64,000 nucleotides of DNA from an uncultured Chthonomonadaceae bacterium. Its GTDB lineage: Bacteria; Armatimonadota; Chthonomonadetes; Chthonomonadales; Chthonomonadaceae. The position numbers and the translations under genes are program-made. Below are positions 61,382-64,000 of this stretch, piece after piece; position 1 is the first letter of the stretch; every line of letters starts with the position of its first letter. The stretch covers positions 96,001 through 160,000 of the forward strand of contig CAWIEK010000002.1 in assembly GCA_963835065.1 (NCBI GenBank), given 5' to 3'. The notes under the pieces were generated by a model, which was not told where the DNA came from, did no database searches, and worked only from the letters and a program-made list of their open reading frames with translations.

Positions 61382-62479
61382 TTACCGCGCTTCCTGTTTG
61401 CGCCGTCGTCGCAACGCGAAGCCCGCGCCCATCATGCCACTCGTGAGTAAGAAGGCGAGCGCGGAGGGTTCGGGAACGACGGTGAAGGCGTTGGGCGTCA
61501 CGAGCAGAATCGGGTCGGACGAGTCGTTGACGAGCAGATTGCCATCATTGAGAAAGTAAAAACCGCGTGGGTCGAACTTGGTCAATCCTAAATCGCTGCG
61601 CAGCGAAGCCACCTCGTTTCCATTGGAATCAAAAGCCAGAATATCGCCGAGTGTGCCGCCACCATTTATCGAGCCGGCAACCGAAACGAGCATGAGGGGT
61701 ACATCAATTCCAGAGAAGAAACCGGAAGGCGCGAAACCGATCTGACGCAACCCCGGTTGTCCGTTCTGTAGCGCTGCTGTGGCGAATGTGGTGACGTTGC
61801 CGTTCGCGTCAAGGGACAGAATTGCGCCGCTATTCGCATCGTCGGTGAACAGAGTATTTCCAAACTGCCCAAAGCCGTTGGGCGCGAATGTCAGGGCAAA
61901 AGGAGTAATGCCCATGCTTCCAGTGAATATGGTCATATTCGCGCTGCTGTCGAAGGCATCAACGCCGTTGAATTCATCCGATACGAATAATTTGCCCGCA
62001 TTGGCTCCAAAGTTCGCGGGCGCGATGGCGGCCTGGGCAAAAACGCCGAAAGTGCCGTCCGGGGTCGTGTAGAAGGTGGTGCGATTGCCATTTGCATCAT
62101 AGGCAAGTATTTGCGCGGTTGTGCCGTTGATGTCATTCGCGCCGAAGGTAAGATAATGCCCGGAATTGCCGCCCCATCCCGTAGCGGGTAAAAACAGCGC
62201 GCCGATAGCGGTGCCGGGCAGATTGGACGCAAACGACGCAGGGACGCCCCCGGTGGCTGGAAGCGTGTAAAGCTGCGATTTCGTGGGGTCGGAGCGGCCC
62301 GCATCATTGATGAAATACTGGCCGCCATACGTTCCGAACGAACTGGGGGCGACATTGATATTTTCGGGCGTCAGATACCCGGCGGAAAACACGCTGACCT
62401 GCGCCCCCGACGGGCAGGAAGCGGCAAGGGCGGCAAGCAGAGTGGCGGATAACAGAAGGCGTGGGAAAGGAGAAGGCAT
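61382..62479 (-). CDS. PEP-CTERM sorting domain protein (beta-propeller-like)
   Basis: Signal peptide; VPEPSALAFLL...RRRRK C-terminus. Confidence 0.9.
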   Translation of the reverse strand: MPSPFPRLLLSATLLAALAASCPSGAQVSVFSAGYLTPENINVAPSSFGTYGGQYFINDAGRSDPTKSQLYTLPATGGVPASFASNLPGTAIGALFLPATGWGGNSGHYLTFGANDINGTTAQILAYDANGNRTTFYTTPDGTFGVFAQAAIAPANFGANAGKLFVSDEFNGVDAFDSSANMTIFTGSMGITPFALTFAPNGFGQFGNTLFTDDANSGAILSLDANGNVTTFATAALQNGQPGLRQIGFAPSGFFSGIDVPLMLVSVAGSINGGGTLGDILAFDSNGNEVASLRSDLGLTKFDPRGFYFLNDGNLLVNDSSDPILLVTPNAFTVVPEPSALAFLLTSGMMGAGFALRRRRKQEAR

Positions 62480-62593
62480 GGGAAAGTTCCTCCAGAACAA
62501 AATAGTGATTGGCAACGACACTGTACACAGTATACGCGCCTCCCATTACCCCACCATTAAAATCCCCAACACCCAACCCCGAATACCGAATAC

Positions 62594-64000
62594 CTAAACT
62601 TTGATTTTCTTCCACCAGCCGGTTTGAAACAGCGCAGCCGTAATCATGCCGCCCAGAATCGCGGTCACGCACATGGCCCACCATGCGCCCACTGTCTGCA
62701 GGTTGCAATGGAACATCAGCCAGTAACTGAGCGGCAGGCGCACAATCCACATTGTAAACAGGGTGATAAAGGTAGGCCGGATGGTGTCGCCCGCGCCCTG
62801 CAAGCCGCCCGTCAGCACCATTCCCAACGCCATAAACGGTTCGCAAACGGAATTGATTTTCAGGTACAGCGCCCCCAAATGCCGGACGCCCGGATCGCTC
62901 GTGAACAGTCCCGCGAGAGGTTCGGAGAACAAATAAAAGCACAGTCCCACAAACGCCATGACCAGCACGGCCTGAGTGGTCGCCGCCCACGCGCTGCGTT
63001 CCGCGCGGCGCGTGTCCTTTGCGCCCAGACACTGCCCGACTAATGCGGACGCGGCCACGCTGTAGCCGAAGCCCGGCATGTAGGCAAGGGCTTCCGCCCG
63101 CACCCCGATGCTCATAGCCGCCACCGCCGTAGAACCTTCCACCGTGCGCGCCAGCATCCCGGTAAATGACATCATGGCGAGGCTGCAAATCACCGCCTGA
63201 ATGGAAGCGGGCAGGCCGATTTTCAAGATACGCCCGTACCACAATCCGGCGGAATCGAAGCCCATGTAGCGAACCGACAGCGCGGCTCCCAACGGTGACA
63301 GCCGCTTCAGCGTTATCACGTACAGGAACGCGCTGACACAAATGGAGATTGTGAGCGCAGTCGCCGCGCCCCGAACGCCGAGCGCGGGCAGGCCGAAATG
63401 TCCATAAATGAGCAGCCAGTTGCAGGTGATATGCGTGGCGATGGCGATGGACTGCACCAGCATCGGGGTGCGCGTGTCGCCCAACCCCCGAAACGCGCCC
63501 ATCAGCGTGTTCATCAGAAACATCGGCACGGTAGCAAACAAAGCGATGCCCAAAAACTGCGAACACAGCCGCAGGGTTTCCACATCCGTCTGCCCGGTCA
63601 GCATCCAGCCGACAATCGTATTGCGCCCCGCGTAAAAAAGCAGGCCGAAAACAAGGGAAAGCGCGAGGCTCAGGGTCAGGGATTGCCCCGTCGCGCGCAG
63701 GCGTTCCTCGTGGCTGTTCGCGCCCGTGAACCGCGCAACGAGCGCCGTCGTGCCCACCGAAACACCCATTGCCAGCGCAATCAGCAGAAACACAACTTGC
63801 CCGCCAATTCCCGTTGCCGCCAGCGCTTGTTTCGCGTGGGGCAGGTGTCCCACAAACAAGGTATCCATCAGGCCGTTGAACGTTTGCAGCAGCATCGTCA
63901 GCACGGACGGCCACGCCAATCGCCACACGGCTCCGTGAATATCGCGCCTGCTCTCCCATAAGGGCGGCTGAAAAGCCTCCTTTTGCGCAGCGCGAAGGGT
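62594..64000 (-). CDS. MATE family efflux transporter (5' end beyond window)
   Basis: LAWPSVL, RGLGDTRTPM, LGVRGAA, GAGDT; frame open to the window edge. Confidence 0.92.
   Translation of the reverse strand, partial: TLRAAQKEAFQPPLWESRRDIHGAVWRLAWPSVLTMLLQTFNGLMDTLFVGHLPHAKQALAATGIGGQVVFLLIALAMGVSVGTTALVARFTGANSHEERLRATGQSLTLSLALSLVFGLLFYAGRNTIVGWMLTGQTDVETLRLCSQFLGIALFATVPMFLMNTLMGAFRGLGDTRTPMLVQSIAIATHITCNWLLIYGHFGLPALGVRGAATALTISICVSAFLYVITLKRLSPLGAALSVRYMGFDSAGLWYGRILKIGLPASIQAVICSLAMMSFTGMLARTVEGSTAVAAMSIGVRAEALAYMPGFGYSVAASALVGQCLGAKDTRRAERSAWAATTQAVLVMAFVGLCFYLFSEPLAGLFTSDPGVRHLGALYLKINSVCEPFMALGMVLTGGLQGAGDTIRPTFITLFTMWIVRLPLSYWLMFHCNLQTVGAWWAMCVTAILGGMITAALFQTGWWKKIKV

Noticed and set aside
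62304..63959. 551-aa minus-strand ORF
   Set aside because: Alternative frame over the MATE gene with no motifs.

Overview
Bacterial chromosomal window, GC-rich. The gene content (DUF1559 prepilin-type protein, PEP-CTERM protein, BTAD/NB-ARC/TPR regulator, DUF1800/DUF1501) suggests Armatimonadota; this is an inference. Most of the window is ordinary metabolism and envelope genes: recO, galK, metF, kinases, dehydrogenases, Wzm/Wzt, a glycosyltransferase/KdsD cluster and transporters. These are interspersed with small toxin-antitoxin-like genes and many heptamer/REP-like inverted repeats. The standout is a minus-strand operon at 36737-40762. An ECF sigma factor gene overlaps (ATGA) a ~1145-codon gene with one apparent frameshift, which reads as a miniaturised single-chain RpoB-RpoC fusion. 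It keeps the catalytic DFDGD motif, both beta catalytic lysines, the sigma2-binding clamp helices and the bridge helix, but appears to lack the beta flap, beta' zinc-binding domain and trigger loop. Also found: two dispersed copies of a ~290-bp non-coding element with an identical ECF-type promoter (GAACC-N16-CGTCTAA), a strong SD, a tiny Pro-UGA ORF and a covarying stem; and a 67-bp repeat core inserted in-frame into two unrelated genes. Several genes carry single frameshifts, probably assembly indels. No rRNA, tRNA or CRISPR array was recognised. All family calls are by-eye motif recognition, not database searches.
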